DNA of 64,000 nt, taken from positions 960,001-1,024,000 of the forward strand of contig CAUVXB020000001.1 in NCBI GenBank assembly GCA_963555825.3, written 5' to 3'. Every line of letters begins with the position of its first letter. Position 1 is the stretch's first letter. The position numbers and the translations under genes are program-made. The notes under the pieces were generated by a model, which made no database searches, was not told where the DNA came from, and saw nothing but the letters and a program-made list of their open reading frames with translations. Source of the stretch: Alphaproteobacteria bacterium (lineage in GTDB: Bacteria > Pseudomonadota > Alphaproteobacteria > JAAXGF01). Shown here one piece after another: positions 20,211-34,037 of this stretch.

Positions 20211-21315
20211 CTTGCCTATCCGGTTTACACCCACACCCACTAGGGCTAGAATGGGCGCAAACCGGATATAGGGGAGCGCGCCATGGATGTTCTCGACCGC
20301 GCCGATCTCCCATTCCCGCATTCGCTACCCGAGTTCCAGCGACTTTTCCCCGATGATGCGGCCTGCGCCGCCTACCTGGAGAAAGCCCGCTGGGGAGACG
20401 GCTTTGCCTGCCCGCACTGCGGCACGGCGGGAGAGCCGTTCCACTTTGAAAACCGCCCTGGCGTCCTGCGCTGCCGCAAGTGCCGCCAGAACACCGGGCT
20501 GACGGTGGGAACAGTGATGGAGCGTAGCCACACTCCGCTGAACGTCTGGTTCTGGGCCGCTTATCTGGTCGCCAGTCAGACGCCCGGCATGTCCGCCGTG
20601 CAGTTTCAGCGGCAACTTGGTCTTTCGCGCTACGAGACGGCCTTTCAAATTCTCCACAAGCTCCGCTCGGGCATGGTGCGGCCCAACCAAGACAGGATCG
20701 GTGGACAGCCCAAGAACCATGTTGAGGTGGACGAAACCTGGGTTGGCGGGCGAACGCGTGGGGAAGGCCGTGGTGTTCACCACAAGGTTCTCGTCTCCTG
20801 TGCCATCGAGGTGCGTCATCGAAAGCCGGGCACCAAGCTCGACAACCGGAAAGACGGACGCTATGCCGGACGCGTTCGGCTCGCCGTCGTGCTCGACCGT
20901 AGCGCCGAGTCGCTCTGTGGGTTCGTCGAGAGCACCGTCGCGCCGGGATCGCTGATCGTTACTGACGATTGGAGCGGCTATGCTGGCCTCGGTAAGCGCG
21001 GCTATGAGCACTTCGCTGTTGCCGAGTGTGGTGATCCAGAGGTTGCCGAGCAATACCTGCCGATCATCCATCTGGTTTTCGCCAACCTGAAGACGTGGCT
21101 GATCGGTATCCACCACGGCGTTAGCCACCAGCACCTACAAGCCTACCTCAACGAGTTCACCTTCCGCTTCAACAGGCGGTTCTACCCGTTCAACGCCTTC
21201 CGCTCATTGCTCGGCATCGCGGGCGACACCTCTGCTCCAACCTATGCCGAGCTTTACTCGGGAGAGTGGCGGCACCCTACATGTAGCGGTCATGGGCGTT
21301 AACCGGATAGGCAAG
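20211..21315 (+). mobile_element. IS1595 family insertion sequence (ISSod11-like ends)
   Basis: 23-bp TIRs CTTGCCTATCCGGTTTACACCCA / TGGGCGTTAACCGGATAGGCAAG (21/23); no flanking direct repeat. Confidence 0.9.
20283..21302 (+). CDS. IS1595 family transposase
   Basis: Zn ribbon CPHC..CRKC, VEVDETWVGG, IVTDDW, YLNEFTFRFNRR. Confidence 0.95.
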   Translation: MDVLDRADLPFPHSLPEFQRLFPDDAACAAYLEKARWGDGFACPHCGTAGEPFHFENRPGVLRCRKCRQNTGLTVGTVMERSHTPLNVWFWAAYLVASQTPGMSAVQFQRQLGLSRYETAFQILHKLRSGMVRPNQDRIGGQPKNHVEVDETWVGGRTRGEGRGVHHKVLVSCAIEVRHRKPGTKLDNRKDGRYAGRVRLAVVLDRSAESLCGFVESTVAPGSLIVTDDWSGYAGLGKRGYEHFAVAECGDPEVAEQYLPIIHLVFANLKTWLIGIHHGVSHQHLQAYLNEFTFRFNRRFYPFNAFRSLLGIAGDTSAPTYAELYSGEWRHPTCSGHGR

Positions 21316-21316
21316 G

Positions 21317-21469
21317 TTCGAATGTCTGCGGTTCGCATTCTCCGATCACATTGACTGCGATCCCTATATCACAGCGACCTATCTCGAACAGAGATACGTG
21401 AAATCGGCCGCCTACAAGCACTGTCGGAGTCGCGCGTTCGATGCGCGAGCGGCGAAATCCGGTCAATGA
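21317..21469 (+). pseudogene. 3' fragment of a Cys-containing ORF truncated by the IS
   Basis: FECLRFAFSDHIDCDPYITATYLEQRYVKSAAYKHCRSRAFDARAAKSGQ* open from the IS right end. Confidence 0.4.
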
Positions 21470-21525
21470 GGATCGGAATCCAGTTCGAATCGAAGTCACT
21501 CAAATGAGAAGATACGAGGTTTAAC

Positions 21526-22818
21526 ATGAGCAGCGCTCCTTTCCCAACGAGTCCGGCAATCAAGAAATTCGTACTAGATTTGATGGGTGATGTTCAAACA
21601 CTCAACGATACCAGTGGCGATTTGATCGCCGATTTGAGAAATCATGTCGAATTGGAGGAATTTCAGAAGATTGTCGAAAACATTCTTCCAGCATTGGAAG
21701 CGGCCGTTCCGGATGTTGTTGGGGGCACAGGTGTAACGGCCGATGAATTCTCAGAGGACGAGCTTAAGCTGATCATCGCCTTTGCTACTGGAATTCAAGA
21801 CGCCGCAACACCGTATTCCGACCGACGAGATCCCCGCGGTGACGATTTGATCTTCGAACGGGCGAAGACGCTTATCTTCGTACAGGCAATCGGCAAGCGG
21901 CTCGGAAACGCCGATGTAAAAGAACTCCTCGATTCCGTCATCCCTCCTGAATTGGCTGAGGTGTTCGAAAAGCTCTTCTCGCAATTCGACGAGACCAGTG
22001 AGGAGCTGAAAGAAGCGGCCGACCAGCTCACCGAGGGCACGGAGGCACTCAGCGAAGCGGCGAATGCATTGCTGGGCGCCTCGCCCGTGACGATCCGCGA
22101 CGAGGGTGCTGACACCGATACCGTGATCGAGTTTCGGCCGCCCGAGCCCCATGCCGAGGTCGTGACGGTGCCCCTGGTCCGAGCGGAGGTCAAGGCGTTC
22201 ATCGACGAGATGGACGAGGCGATGCGGCCGATCAGAGAGGGGATCGACGCGCTCTTCGCCGACATGCGCGCGACCGTCGAGGACGTCTTCGGCGAAGCCG
22301 AGGTCGACTGGCGCGCCTTCGGCGATACCGCGGCCGGCACGTTGCGCGACATCCTCGCCGCCCACCACGACATGATGGGCAAGCTCGCGCAGCTCTTGAG
22401 CCCGCTCGGCGACCTCGTCGGCGATGCGCTGGGCGGCGGCGCCGTTGGCGGCGGTGGTATCGAGGGCGGCGCGGGCAGCGGCGGCGGCCCGTCCTCGGGT
22501 GCGCAGGCGCCGGTCCGGCGCTACGCCGAAGGCGGCATCGCGCCGGCCGGTGTCCCGGCCCTGGTCGGCGAGGCAGGCCCCGAGCTGTTCATGCCCGATA
22601 TATTCGACGACTTGGGCGCGTTCTCCGCCCGCCGTACCATCGAACTGAACCTCAAATTCACGCGCAATGTCGATGCGACCGGCGCGGCGCCGGGGGTCGA
22701 ACAGGGCATTCATCGGGTGCTCGACGACTTCCAAACGCAAATCGCTCAGGACCTGGAATCCGAATTCCGCCCCTTGGCGCAGCGGCTCGGCCTCAATCTC
22801 CGCGTGAATGCCGCCTAG
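21526..22818 (+). CDS. Acidic helical protein with phage tail tape-measure-like C-terminal motif
   Basis: GAGGT RBS; Gly-rich linker then YAEGG..ALVGEAGPELFMP. Confidence 0.65.
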   Translation: MSSAPFPTSPAIKKFVLDLMGDVQTLNDTSGDLIADLRNHVELEEFQKIVENILPALEAAVPDVVGGTGVTADEFSEDELKLIIAFATGIQDAATPYSDRRDPRGDDLIFERAKTLIFVQAIGKRLGNADVKELLDSVIPPELAEVFEKLFSQFDETSEELKEAADQLTEGTEALSEAANALLGASPVTIRDEGADTDTVIEFRPPEPHAEVVTVPLVRAEVKAFIDEMDEAMRPIREGIDALFADMRATVEDVFGEAEVDWRAFGDTAAGTLRDILAAHHDMMGKLAQLLSPLGDLVGDALGGGAVGGGGIEGGAGSGGGPSSGAQAPVRRYAEGGIAPAGVPALVGEAGPELFMPDIFDDLGAFSARRTIELNLKFTRNVDATGAAPGVEQGIHRVLDDFQTQIAQDLESEFRPLAQRLGLNLRVNAA

Positions 22819-23018
22819 AGCACGAACCGATCGATTGGAATCGATCGGATCACGCAAGCCCGCGCCAGTCTTATTGGGACAAGAGGGGGGCCGCCGACCG
22901 TTCGGCCAATCCTTGTGGGATCAAGAATGGCCTTGTGGGATCAAGAATGGCCTTGTGGGATGAAGAATGGCATGCGCGGCGATTGAGCGCAGATCACCAA
23001 GGGTGACCGGACAAAAAC
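22816..23018 (-). repeat. Structured intergenic repeat, copy C (with internal tandem array)
   Basis: Reverse complement of the core; begins TAGAG at the stop codon of the upstream ORF. Confidence 0.9.
22911..22970. repeat. 3 x 20-bp tandem repeat CCTTGTGGGATCAAGAATGG
   Basis: Directly visible; one substitution in unit 3. Confidence 0.95.
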
Positions 23019-23031
23019 CGACGGCCCTGCC

Positions 23032-24080
23032 CTACTCGACCTTCGCTTCTGCTTGATCGACCGCCGCCGCGTCGCGGGCGACGATGGCGCTGATCGGCGC
23101 CAGCGTGAAGCCGCGCGCACCGAGCGCGGGCAGCCAGCGCGCGAGTGCTGCGATCGTCTCGGGGCGCGGGTGGCCGATGCCGACCGCGTAGCCCTGCTTA
23201 CGGGCGAGCGTCTCCAGATCAGCCAGGCGGGCGGCGATGGCGTCTTCGTCGGCCTCGTTGTCGATGAACACGTGGCGCCGCGTCGTCGGCACGCCGGCGT
23301 CGCGCGCCATGTCCTCGCCGACGGTCTCCGCCGTTGTGCGCGAATCGAGGTACAGCAGGCCGCGCGCCACAACTTCATCGATGACCACCGCCATGGCGCG
23401 CGCATCGCCCGTAAAGCGGCTGCCCATGTGGTTCGAGACGCCGACGTAGCCGCCGAAGCGATCGAGGCTCCAGGCGAGCCGATCGCGGATCTCGTCGTCG
23501 TCGAGATCCGTGGTCAGCGCGTTGGGCCCGGTGTCCGCTGTCGGGTCGTCGGGTTCCATCGGCAGATGGACGATCAGCTCGTGGCCCGCCAGGCGCGCCT
23601 GCTCGGTCTGCTCGGGCAATCCCTCGGCATAGGGCAGATAGGCGAGCGTGAGCGGCCCGAGCAGGCCGACGACCTGCTGCGACCAGGCGCGCGCCATGCC
23701 CATATCGTCGATCACCAGCGCAATCAGCGGCCCCCTCGCCTCGCCGATCGCCACGGCATAGCGGCGCCACGCCGGCAGGTCCTCGAGGAACTCGATGGGC
23801 GGCGCCGGTTGTTCGACGGCTGCGGCGGGCGCGCGCGCCTCAGGCGCCTCGGGCGGCGCCAGGGCGACCACGACCTCGGTCGTTTCGGGTGGCGGCGCGG
23901 CGAGCTCGACGACCGCCATCGGCGGCGGCTCCAGCGCGATCGCGGGCGCCGTGGCCGCGAAGATCTCATCGCTTCGATCGTCGTCGCGGAACAGATCGCT
24001 GCCGGCCAGCCACAAGCCGGTCGCGCCGCCGAGCAAGGCGGCGAGGACGGCCAGGGCGAGGCCGCGCAGCGCGCCGCCCA

Positions 24081-24081
<1 letters not shown>
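23032..24081 (-). CDS. Divergent polysaccharide deacetylase (YibQ-like)
   Basis: IALVIDDMG, HLPMEP, SNHMGSRFT, YLDSRT, GIGHPRP; TGATG-coupled to copA. Confidence 0.88.
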
Positions 24082-26495
<2,414 letters not shown>

Positions 26496-26703
26496 GTGCC
26501 GACACTACCGTGCAATTGGATGACCCGAAAAGGCCTGGCCATATGACGGTTCGGCCGGTGCGCGGGTCAAGGGTTTTCTATGGTGCATCTGGGGGCCACG
26601 TACGGGCGGTGCAAGCCGCCTGTTTCCTTCGTCCGCGCGGCAAGTTATGCTGGCCGCGCAATGATTGAGGTTTCAGCTCAAGAGATGCTGGTAAGTTACG
26701 GAA

Positions 26704-27285
26704 ATGATGATACTTATCGATAACTACGATAGCTTCACCTACAACCTCGTCCACTTCATGGGCGAGCTCGGCGCCGAGGTCGAGGTCGAGCGCAACGATG
26801 CGATGACGGTCGACGAGGTGCTCGCGCGGCAGCCGCGCGCCGTCGTCATGTCGCCGGGACCGTGCGACCCCGACCGCGCCGGCATCTGCCTTGAGCTGGT
26901 CGAGCGCGTCGCCGGTGTCCTGCCAATGCTCGGCGTCTGCCTGGGCCATCAGGCGATCGGCCAGGGCTTCGGCGGCCGCGTCGTGCGCGCGCCCTATGTC
27001 ATGCATGGCAAGATGAGCGCGATACATCATACCGGAACCGGTATCTTCGCCGGCCTGCCCGACGGTTTCGAGGCGACGCGCTATCACTCGCTGGTGGTCG
27101 AGCGCGACAGCCTGCCCGACTGCCTGGAGATCACCGCCGAGACCGACGACGGCGTGATCATGGGCATCGCCCACCGCGAACTGCCGATCCACGGCGTCCA
27201 GTTCCACCCGGAAAGTATCGCCTCGAAGCACGGCCACGCGCTGCTCCAGAACTTCATCACCATCGCCAACGGAGGCCCGGCATGA
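26704..27285 (+). CDS. trpG: Anthranilate synthase component II
   Basis: [27 protein letters not shown]. Confidence 0.93.
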   Translation: MMILIDNYDSFTYNLVHFMGELGAEVEVERNDAMTVDEVLARQPRAVVMSPGPCDPDRAGICLELVERVAGVLPMLGVCLGHQAIGQGFGGRVVRAPYVMHGKMSAIHHTGTGIFAGLPDGFEATRYHSLVVERDSLPDCLEITAETDDGVIMGIAHRELPIHGVQFHPESIASKHGHALLQNFITIANGGPA

Positions 27286-28316
27286 GCGACGGTCACGACT
27301 TCAAGCAGTTGATCGGCATCGTCGCGAGCGGCCGGAGCCTTAGCGTCGACGAGGCACGCGCCGCCTTCGACATCATGATGTCGGGCGACGCGACGCCAAC
27401 GCAGATCGGCGGCTTCCTGATGGCCTTGCGGGTGCGCGGCGAGACGGTCGACGAGATCACCGGCGGCGTCATGACCATGCGCGACAAGATGACCCGGCTC
27501 GACGCGCCCGAAGGCGCCATGGACGTCGTCGGCACGGGCGGCGATGGGCTCGGCACCTACAATGTCTCGACCGCCGGTGCGCTGGTCGTCGCCGGTGCCG
27601 GCGTACCTGTCGCCAAGCACGGCAACAAGGCGATGTCGTCCAAGTCGGGCACCGCCGACACCTTCGCCGCGCTCGGCGTCAACCTCGAAGCCGACATGAC
27701 GCTGGTCCAGCAGGCGTTGAGCGAAGCCGGCATCTGCTTCATGCTGGCGCCGCGGCACCACGGCGCGATGCGCCATGTCGGTCCGTCGCGGGTCGAGCTG
27801 GGCACGCGCACGATCTTCAACCTGTTGGGCCCGTTGTCGAACCCGGCCGGCGTCAAGCGCCTGTTCGTCGGCGTCTTCGCGCGCGCCTGGATAGAACCGA
27901 TGGCCGATGTGCTGGGCAAGCTGGGCGCCGAGCGCGCCTGGGTGGCGCATGGTTCCGACGGCATGGACGAGCTGACCACGACGGGGCCCTCCTACGTCGC
28001 CGAGCTCGATGGCGGCGCCGTGCGGACCTTCGAAGTCTCGCCCGGCGACGTCGGGATCGCGACCGCCAGCCTCGACGACCTCAAGGGCGGCGACGCCGAG
28101 CACAACGCCGTAGCGCTCACCGCCCTGCTCGACGGCGCGCCCGGGCCGTACCGCGACATCGTCGTCTACAACGCGGGCGCCGCGCTGGTCGTCGCCGGCC
28201 ACAGCCCGGACCACGCCGCCGGCGTCGCGGCAGCCGCCGCATCGATCGATACCGGCGCCGCGCGCGGCAAGCTCGCCGATCTGGTGCGCATCACCAACCA
28301 GGGCGGTGAAGCGTGA
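27282..28316 (+). CDS. trpD: Anthranilate phosphoribosyltransferase
   Basis: [25 protein letters not shown]. Confidence 0.95.
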   Translation: MSDGHDFKQLIGIVASGRSLSVDEARAAFDIMMSGDATPTQIGGFLMALRVRGETVDEITGGVMTMRDKMTRLDAPEGAMDVVGTGGDGLGTYNVSTAGALVVAGAGVPVAKHGNKAMSSKSGTADTFAALGVNLEADMTLVQQALSEAGICFMLAPRHHGAMRHVGPSRVELGTRTIFNLLGPLSNPAGVKRLFVGVFARAWIEPMADVLGKLGAERAWVAHGSDGMDELTTTGPSYVAELDGGAVRTFEVSPGDVGIATASLDDLKGGDAEHNAVALTALLDGAPGPYRDIVVYNAGAALVVAGHSPDHAAGVAAAAASIDTGAARGKLADLVRITNQGGEA

Positions 28317-29128
28317 GCGACGCGCTGGCCCGCATCTGCGCCGACAAGCGCCGACTCGTCGGCGAGCGAAAGGCGTCGCGCCCGCTCGACGCGCTCGAAG
28401 CGGACGCGCGCTCTGCGGCCACGCCACGCGGCTTCGCCGCCGCCTTGACGCGCGCCGCCGAGCGTGACGGCCTCGCCCTGATCGCCGAGATTAAGCGCGC
28501 CTCGCCGAGCCGCGGCCTGATCCGCGCCGACTTCGACCCGGCGACGCTGGCCCGCGCCTTTCAGGCGGGCGGCGCGACATGTTTGTCGGTGTTGACCGAC
28601 ACGCCCCATTTCCAGGGCGACGACGCGCATCTCGGTGCGGCCCGCGATGCCTGCGACCTGCCCTGCCTGCGCAAGGACTTCATGATCGATCCCTACCAAG
28701 TGACCGAGGCGCGCGCAATCGGCGCCGATTGCATCCTGATCATCATGGCCGCGCTCGACGATGGCGTGGCGGCCGAGATCGAGGCCGCTGCTCTCGAGTG
28801 GGGCATGGACGTGCTGGTCGAGGTGCACGACGAAGCAGAACTCGAGCGCGCCACGCGACTGCGCAGCCGCCTGATCGGCATCAACAACCGCAACCTCAAG
28901 ACGCTCGACGTCGATCTCGCGGCGACCGAACGGCTCGCGCCGCTGGCGCCCGCCGACGCCGTGCTGGTCTGCGAGAGCGGCCTCTACGCCCACGCCGACC
29001 TGATACGCATGACCGCGGTCGGCGCGCACCGCTTCCTGGTCGGCGAATCGCTGATGCGCGAGGCCGACGTCAGCGCCGCGACCGCCGCACTGCTCGGCCG
29101 CGACAGCCCGGCGCGCGCGAGCGCCTGA
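28313..29128 (+). CDS. trpC: Indole-3-glycerol phosphate synthase
   Basis: [32 protein letters not shown]. Confidence 0.95.
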   Translation: MSDALARICADKRRLVGERKASRPLDALEADARSAATPRGFAAALTRAAERDGLALIAEIKRASPSRGLIRADFDPATLARAFQAGGATCLSVLTDTPHFQGDDAHLGAARDACDLPCLRKDFMIDPYQVTEARAIGADCILIIMAALDDGVAAEIEAAALEWGMDVLVEVHDEAELERATRLRSRLIGINNRNLKTLDVDLAATERLAPLAPADAVLVCESGLYAHADLIRMTAVGAHRFLVGESLMREADVSAATAALLGRDSPARASA

Positions 29129-29134
29129 CGCACC

Positions 29135-29614
29135 ATGACCGGCTTCAGCCATTTCGACGACGACGGCAAGGCGGTGATGGTCGATGTCTCGGGCAAGGCG
29201 GCCACCGAACGCACGGCGACCGCCGCGGGTAGCGTCTATATGGAACCCGCGACCCTGCGCCTGATCCGCGAAGGCGCCGTCGCCAAGGGTGACGTTCTCG
29301 CCGTCGCGCGGCTCGCCGGCATCATGGCGGCCAAGCGCACGCCCGACCTGGTGCCGTTGTGCCACCCGCTAGCGCTCGCCTCGGTTACCGTCGATCTCGC
29401 CTGCGACGCCGATCGGAACGCCGTCGACATCACCGCGACCTGCAAGCTCAATGGCCGCACCGGGGTCGAGATGGAGGCGCTCACCGCCGTCTCGGTCGCC
29501 GCGCTGACCGTTTACGACATGTGCAAGGCGGTCGACCGTGCGATGACCATCGGCGACGTCCGGCTGATCCACAAGGCGGGCGGCAAGTCGGGCAGCTTCA
29601 AGCGCGAGGAATAG
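29135..29614 (+). CDS. moaC: Cyclic pyranopterin monophosphate synthase
   Basis: [28 protein letters not shown]. Confidence 0.95.
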   Translation: MTGFSHFDDDGKAVMVDVSGKAATERTATAAGSVYMEPATLRLIREGAVAKGDVLAVARLAGIMAAKRTPDLVPLCHPLALASVTVDLACDADRNAVDITATCKLNGRTGVEMEALTAVSVAALTVYDMCKAVDRAMTIGDVRLIHKAGGKSGSFKREE

Positions 29615-29615
29615 C

Positions 29616-30815
29616 ATGGCGCTGCTGCCCGTCGACGAGGCGCGCGCACGCGTCATGGCGGCCTTCTCGGCCCTACCGGCCGAACAGGTCAGCGTGGCCG
29701 ACGCGCTCGGCCGCGTGCTCGCCGAAGACGTCCGGGCCCGCGTAACGCAGCCGCCGGCCGCGATCTCGGCGATGGACGGCTATGCGGTCCGCGCCGCCGA
29801 CGTCGCCGCGCCGCCGACGACCCTGACAGTCATCGGTGAGGCGCCGGCGGGCGGCGCCTGCGACAAGACGGTCGGCGCCGGCCAGGCGGTGCGTATCTTC
29901 ACTGGCGGCCCGCTGCCCGACGGCGCCGACGCGATCGTCATCCAAGAAGATACCGAGGCGGGCGACGGTGTGGTGACAGTCAAGGTCGCCGTTGCCGAGG
30001 GCAACTATATCCGCCCGGCCGGTCTCGATTTCACCGCCGGCGACGTCGGTCTCACCGCCGGACGGCGCATCACCGCGCGCGACGTCGGCCTTGCGGCGGC
30101 AATGAACGTGCCGTGGCTCGCCGTTCATCGCCGCCCGAGCGTCGCGTTGCTCGCCACCGGCGACGAGATCGTCCGGCCGGGCGACCCGATCGGCCCGAAC
30201 CAGATCGTCAGCTCGAACACCCTGGCGCTCGCCGCCCTTGTCAAAGAGGCCGGCGGCGATGCGACCGACCTCGGCATCGCGCGTGACAACGAGGACTCGT
30301 TGCGCCGCATGGCGGCCGGCGCCGAGCGCGCCGACGTGCTGGTCACCTCGGGCGGCGCCTCGGTCGGCGATCACGACCTGGTGCAAGAGGTGCTCGGCAA
30401 GGAAGGGCTCGAGCTCGACTTCTGGCGCATCGCCATGCGCCCGGGCAAGCCGCTGCTGTTCGGCCGCATCCGCGGTACGCCGCTGATCGGCGTGCCCGGC
30501 AATCCGGTTTCATCGCTGGTCTGCGGGCTGCTGTTTCTCAAACCGGCGATCGACGTCATGCTCGGCCTCGCCGCAACCGAGACGCCGGCCGAGACTGCGC
30601 TGTTGGGCCGCGACCTCGGCGCCAACGATCAACGCCAGGACTATCTGCGCGCCCGCCTCGAGCGGCGCGACGACGGCGAGCTGGTGGCGACGCCGTTCGA
30701 AAAGCAGGACAGCTCGATGCTGTCGTCGCTGGTGGCCGCCGGCTGCCTGGTCGTGCGCGCGCCGCACGCGCCGCCCGCCGAGGCCGGAGCTCGAGTCGAG
30801 ATCGTCCGTTTCTGA
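29616..30815 (+). CDS. moeA: Molybdopterin molybdotransferase
   Basis: [30 protein letters not shown]. Confidence 0.95.
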   Translation: MALLPVDEARARVMAAFSALPAEQVSVADALGRVLAEDVRARVTQPPAAISAMDGYAVRAADVAAPPTTLTVIGEAPAGGACDKTVGAGQAVRIFTGGPLPDGADAIVIQEDTEAGDGVVTVKVAVAEGNYIRPAGLDFTAGDVGLTAGRRITARDVGLAAAMNVPWLAVHRRPSVALLATGDEIVRPGDPIGPNQIVSSNTLALAALVKEAGGDATDLGIARDNEDSLRRMAAGAERADVLVTSGGASVGDHDLVQEVLGKEGLELDFWRIAMRPGKPLLFGRIRGTPLIGVPGNPVSSLVCGLLFLKPAIDVMLGLAATETPAETALLGRDLGANDQRQDYLRARLERRDDGELVATPFEKQDSSMLSSLVAAGCLVVRAPHAPPAEAGARVEIVRF

Positions 30816-30900
30816 ACGCAAAATCAACAAATTAGCGCTTCGCCGAGCCTCGGCGCGGCGGCGGTTCCGTCAATTCGGCGAAATTTTTTCAAAATGTGGC

Positions 30901-30954
30901 TTGACGCGCCTCGCGAACGCAACTAGAACATGTGGTGTGGTTTTGCTTTTGTTC
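30901..30954 (+). promoter_or_regulatory. lexA promoter with alphaproteobacterial SOS boxes
   Basis: TTGACG -35; GAAC-N7-GAAC at 30915-30929 over the -10; degenerate GTTT-N7-GTTC at 30940-30954. Confidence 0.85.
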
Positions 30955-30973
30955 TAGATATGGGGTGCGTCAC

Positions 30974-31663
30974 ATGTTGACCCGCAAGCAACACGAACTG
31001 CTGATGTATATAAACCAGTGCATCAAGACCGACGGCGTCTCGCCGTCGTTCGACGAGATGAAGGATGCGCTGGGGCTGCGATCCAAATCGGGCATCCACC
31101 GGCTGATCACGGCGCTCGAGGAGCGCGGCTTCATCAGGCGCCTCGCGCATCGGGCGCGGGCGCTTCATGTGCTCAAGCTGCCCGAATCGGCGGCGGTGGC
31201 CAACGGTGGCTTCGCGCCGAGCGTCATTCAGGGTCATTTCACGCCGGTGCTGGCCGGCAAGTCGACGGACGACTCGCCGGGCGTCACCAACCTGCCGCTC
31301 TATGGCCGGATCGCCGCTGGCACGCCGATCGAGGCGCTGCGCGACCATTCGGTGAACGTCGACGTGCCCGCCGCCATGCTCGGGCGCGGCGAACATTACG
31401 CGCTCGAGGTCGACGGCGATTCGATGATCGACGCCGGCATCTACGACGGCGACACCGCGGTCATCGAACGCTGCGATACGGCAGACGGCGGCTCGATCGT
31501 CGTCGCCCTGATCGACGACCAGGAGGTGACCCTGAAACGCCTGCGCCGCAAGGGCGGCTCGATCGCTCTCGAAGCCGCCAACACGAAGTACGAGACGCGC
31601 ATCTTTCCGCCTGATCGGGTGAAGGTGCAGGGCCGCTTGGTCGGCCTGATGCGCAAGTACTAG
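30974..31663 (+). CDS. lexA: SOS repressor LexA
   Basis: [18 protein letters not shown] cleavage site, GDSM, VTLKR. Confidence 0.96.
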   Translation: MLTRKQHELLMYINQCIKTDGVSPSFDEMKDALGLRSKSGIHRLITALEERGFIRRLAHRARALHVLKLPESAAVANGGFAPSVIQGHFTPVLAGKSTDDSPGVTNLPLYGRIAAGTPIEALRDHSVNVDVPAAMLGRGEHYALEVDGDSMIDAGIYDGDTAVIERCDTADGGSIVVALIDDQEVTLKRLRRKGGSIALEAANTKYETRIFPPDRVKVQGRLVGLMRKY

Positions 31664-31679
31664 CCCACGACCGGGACGA

Positions 31680-31726
31680 CCGGGTCGGCTCACGGCGGCG
31701 CATGCCGGTGCCGTGAGCCGACCCGG
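31680..31726. terminator. 17-bp perfect hairpin between convergent lexA and comEC
   Basis: CCGGGTCGGCTCACGGC...GCCGTGAGCCGACCCGG; no U-tract. Confidence 0.55.
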
Positions 31727-31746
31727 CTCGTGATCGCTCCTTGTTG

Positions 31747-33900
31747 CTAGTCTTTCTTGCCGCCGATTTTGCGCTTCGTCGACCAGGGCCGGGTGCCGTG
31801 GCGGCTCGTGACGCTCTCGATCGCGATGGCCTCGCCATCCAGATAGACCGCGTGGGCGCCTTCGCGCCAGATGTCGAAACGGTCGATCAGCGCCTTCGCG
31901 GATGGGCAATTGCCCCGAACCGGCACCAAACTGACGACGACGTCGGCGATGCGGCAGTCCTCGACAAGGGCCCGCTCGTCATAGACCAGCGCCACCACAC
32001 GACCCTCGGTCCGGTAAATGCATGCGGACGTGTCGCAGCGGAGTGCGGCTTCGTCGCCTGGCCACGTCGCCGACGCCATCTGGCCGTTACGGCGCAGCCA
32101 GGATTCGCCGTCGTAGCGAGCGGTCCGCGTCGACGAGAGCGCAAGTCTGTCGTCGGCCAGACGCACGGCGAATATCTTCGCCTCGCCGTCGACCAGGATG
32201 TCCGCACGTTCGGCCAAGGGGGTGCTCGCGAGACCGGCGATGAAAGGGATGACGCCGAGCAACCGCCAGGCATGGCGCCATAGACAGAGCCAAAGCCCGC
32301 CGAAGGCGGTGAGCAGCAGGCCGAGTGTCGGCATCGCCGGCAGCCGCTCGACGGCGCCCGGCCAGCCGGCGACCGTCTGCGCGATGGCGATGACCCAATC
32401 GATCCCCCACCCCATCGGCGCCAGCGCCCAGCTCTCGAGGCCAAGCGGCATCAGGACCAGGGCCACAATGCCCCACGGCATGATCCACATCGCCGTCATC
32501 GGCACGGCGAGAAAATTGGCCGCCAGGCCGAACACGGCGACCCGATTGAAGTGATAGATGGCGAACGGCGCGGTCGCCAGCGTCGCGACCACCGTGACCA
32601 GCATGACGCCGGCGAAATAGGCCAATACGCGGCGCGCGGCCGTCCGCCGGTCCGCCCTCGGTGAGTCGCGGTCACGCAGCGCCTCATAGGTCGCGACCAG
32701 ACCGATCACCGCGGCGAACGACATCTGGAAGCTCGGCCCGAGCAGGCTTTCTGGCTGCAGGATCAACACCGTGACCGCGGCCCAGGCGACCGCGCGCATG
32801 GTCACCGCGCTGCGGTCGAGCAGAATTCCGACGATGACCAGGGCGCCCATCAGGAAGGCGCGCTGCGTCGGGATCGTCATGCCCGAAAGCAGGAGATAGA
32901 AGGCCGTGCCGGCGAGCGCCGCGATGGCGGCCCATTTCTTGATCGGATGGCGTAGCGCGACCGGCTCGATGAGCGCAAGCAGCGCCCGCGCCGAGAAAAA
33001 CAGGATGGCCGCAAATAGGCCGATGTGAAGCCCGGAAATCGCCAGCAAATGGGCCAGCCCGGCGTCGCGCATGGCGGCCAGCACGCCGTCGTCGATGGCG
33101 CCCCGCATGCCGGTCAGGAGCGCTGTCGCGACGGCGCCCGCCTGACCGTCGAGCCCGGCGGTGATCCGTTCGGTTACTGCGTGGCGCAGGCGGCCGACGG
33201 CGGCCGCGAAGCCACCGCCGCTTTCGCCGGTCGGCGGTGCGACGGCGCGCACCGGCCCGAAGCCGTAGCCGACCGCGCCGAGTCGTTCGAAGTAGGCCTT
33301 GCGCTGAAAGTCGAAGGCGCCGGGCTGGGCAGGCGCCGCCGGTGGCATCAAACCGCCGCGCAGCTCAACCCAATCGCCGGGCACGAGCGTCGCGTCGAAA
33401 GCACGAAGATTGACCCGGATGCGCACCGGCACGACCTCGACCGACGGACGGAGAAATCGCACGTCCTCCAGGAGAATACGGCCGCCGTCGCCATGCGCGC
33501 CGTTCTGCACGACGCGTCCGACGACCGTCGCCGAGCGGACCGGCTTTTCGAGGACAGGCGCGGCGATCCAAGTGCTGCGCAGCTGGGCCGCCGCGAAGCC
33601 GCCGGCGACCAGCGTCACGGCGATCACGGCGGCCAACAAGGCCGTCTTGCCGCGCACCGCCAGCGCCGCGAGAACGCCCAGCAGCACGGCGCCCGACCCG
33701 GCCCATGGCGGTGGCTCGAATGGCAAAACAAAGTACAGCGCGATACCGACGGCCAGCCCGACGGGGCACCACAGCGGCCACCTCTGCGCGTCGTCGAGCA
33801 CGGCCGACGACAATCGTTCGAGCAGACCTGGCACGTCGTCGCGTCGCCACGACGCAAGCGCTCGCCGCCCGCCGGCTCGGTGTATCAGCCTGTCAGTCAT
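31747..33900 (-). CDS. comEC: ComEC/Rec2 competence protein
   Basis: [26 protein letters not shown] motifs; usual position next to gltX. Confidence 0.92.
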   Translation of the reverse strand: MTDRLIHRAGGRRALASWRRDDVPGLLERLSSAVLDDAQRWPLWCPVGLAVGIALYFVLPFEPPPWAGSGAVLLGVLAALAVRGKTALLAAVIAVTLVAGGFAAAQLRSTWIAAPVLEKPVRSATVVGRVVQNGAHGDGGRILLEDVRFLRPSVEVVPVRIRVNLRAFDATLVPGDWVELRGGLMPPAAPAQPGAFDFQRKAYFERLGAVGYGFGPVRAVAPPTGESGGGFAAAVGRLRHAVTERITAGLDGQAGAVATALLTGMRGAIDDGVLAAMRDAGLAHLLAISGLHIGLFAAILFFSARALLALIEPVALRHPIKKWAAIAALAGTAFYLLLSGMTIPTQRAFLMGALVIVGILLDRSAVTMRAVAWAAVTVLILQPESLLGPSFQMSFAAVIGLVATYEALRDRDSPRADRRTAARRVLAYFAGVMLVTVVATLATAPFAIYHFNRVAVFGLAANFLAVPMTAMWIMPWGIVALVLMPLGLESWALAPMGWGIDWVIAIAQTVAGWPGAVERLPAMPTLGLLLTAFGGLWLCLWRHAWRLLGVIPFIAGLASTPLAERADILVDGEAKIFAVRLADDRLALSSTRTARYDGESWLRRNGQMASATWPGDEAALRCDTSACIYRTEGRVVALVYDERALVEDCRIADVVVSLVPVRGNCPSAKALIDRFDIWREGAHAVYLDGEAIAIESVTSRHGTRPWSTKRKIGGKKD

Positions 33901-34037
33901 CTCCCTCGGCGCTTGATGTTTACGCCGCCGCCCGCGATGTTAGCGCGCCGGTCGGGATCGGGCAAAGCGGGTTCGCGACGCGCGCCGATCTGTGCTACAT
34001 CAGCCGCGCAACGAACGAGCGCCGAGACATCGCCGAA

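Noticed and set aside
21483-21501. GTTCGAATCGAAGTCACTC as a degenerate attR copy of the tRNA-Pro 3' end
   Set aside because: Only 9+6 matching bases with a gap and no integrase; compatible with chance
22911-22970. Possible CRISPR array
   Set aside because: Units are contiguous with no spacers, and there are no cas genes
19900-23030. Prophage
   Set aside because: Only one tape-measure-like motif; no capsid, terminase, integrase or tail genes
26540-26570. CueR-type promoter for copA (TTGACC-19 bp-CATATG on the - strand)
   Set aside because: Spacing fits MerR-type promoters but there is no CueR dyad in the spacer and no regulator nearby
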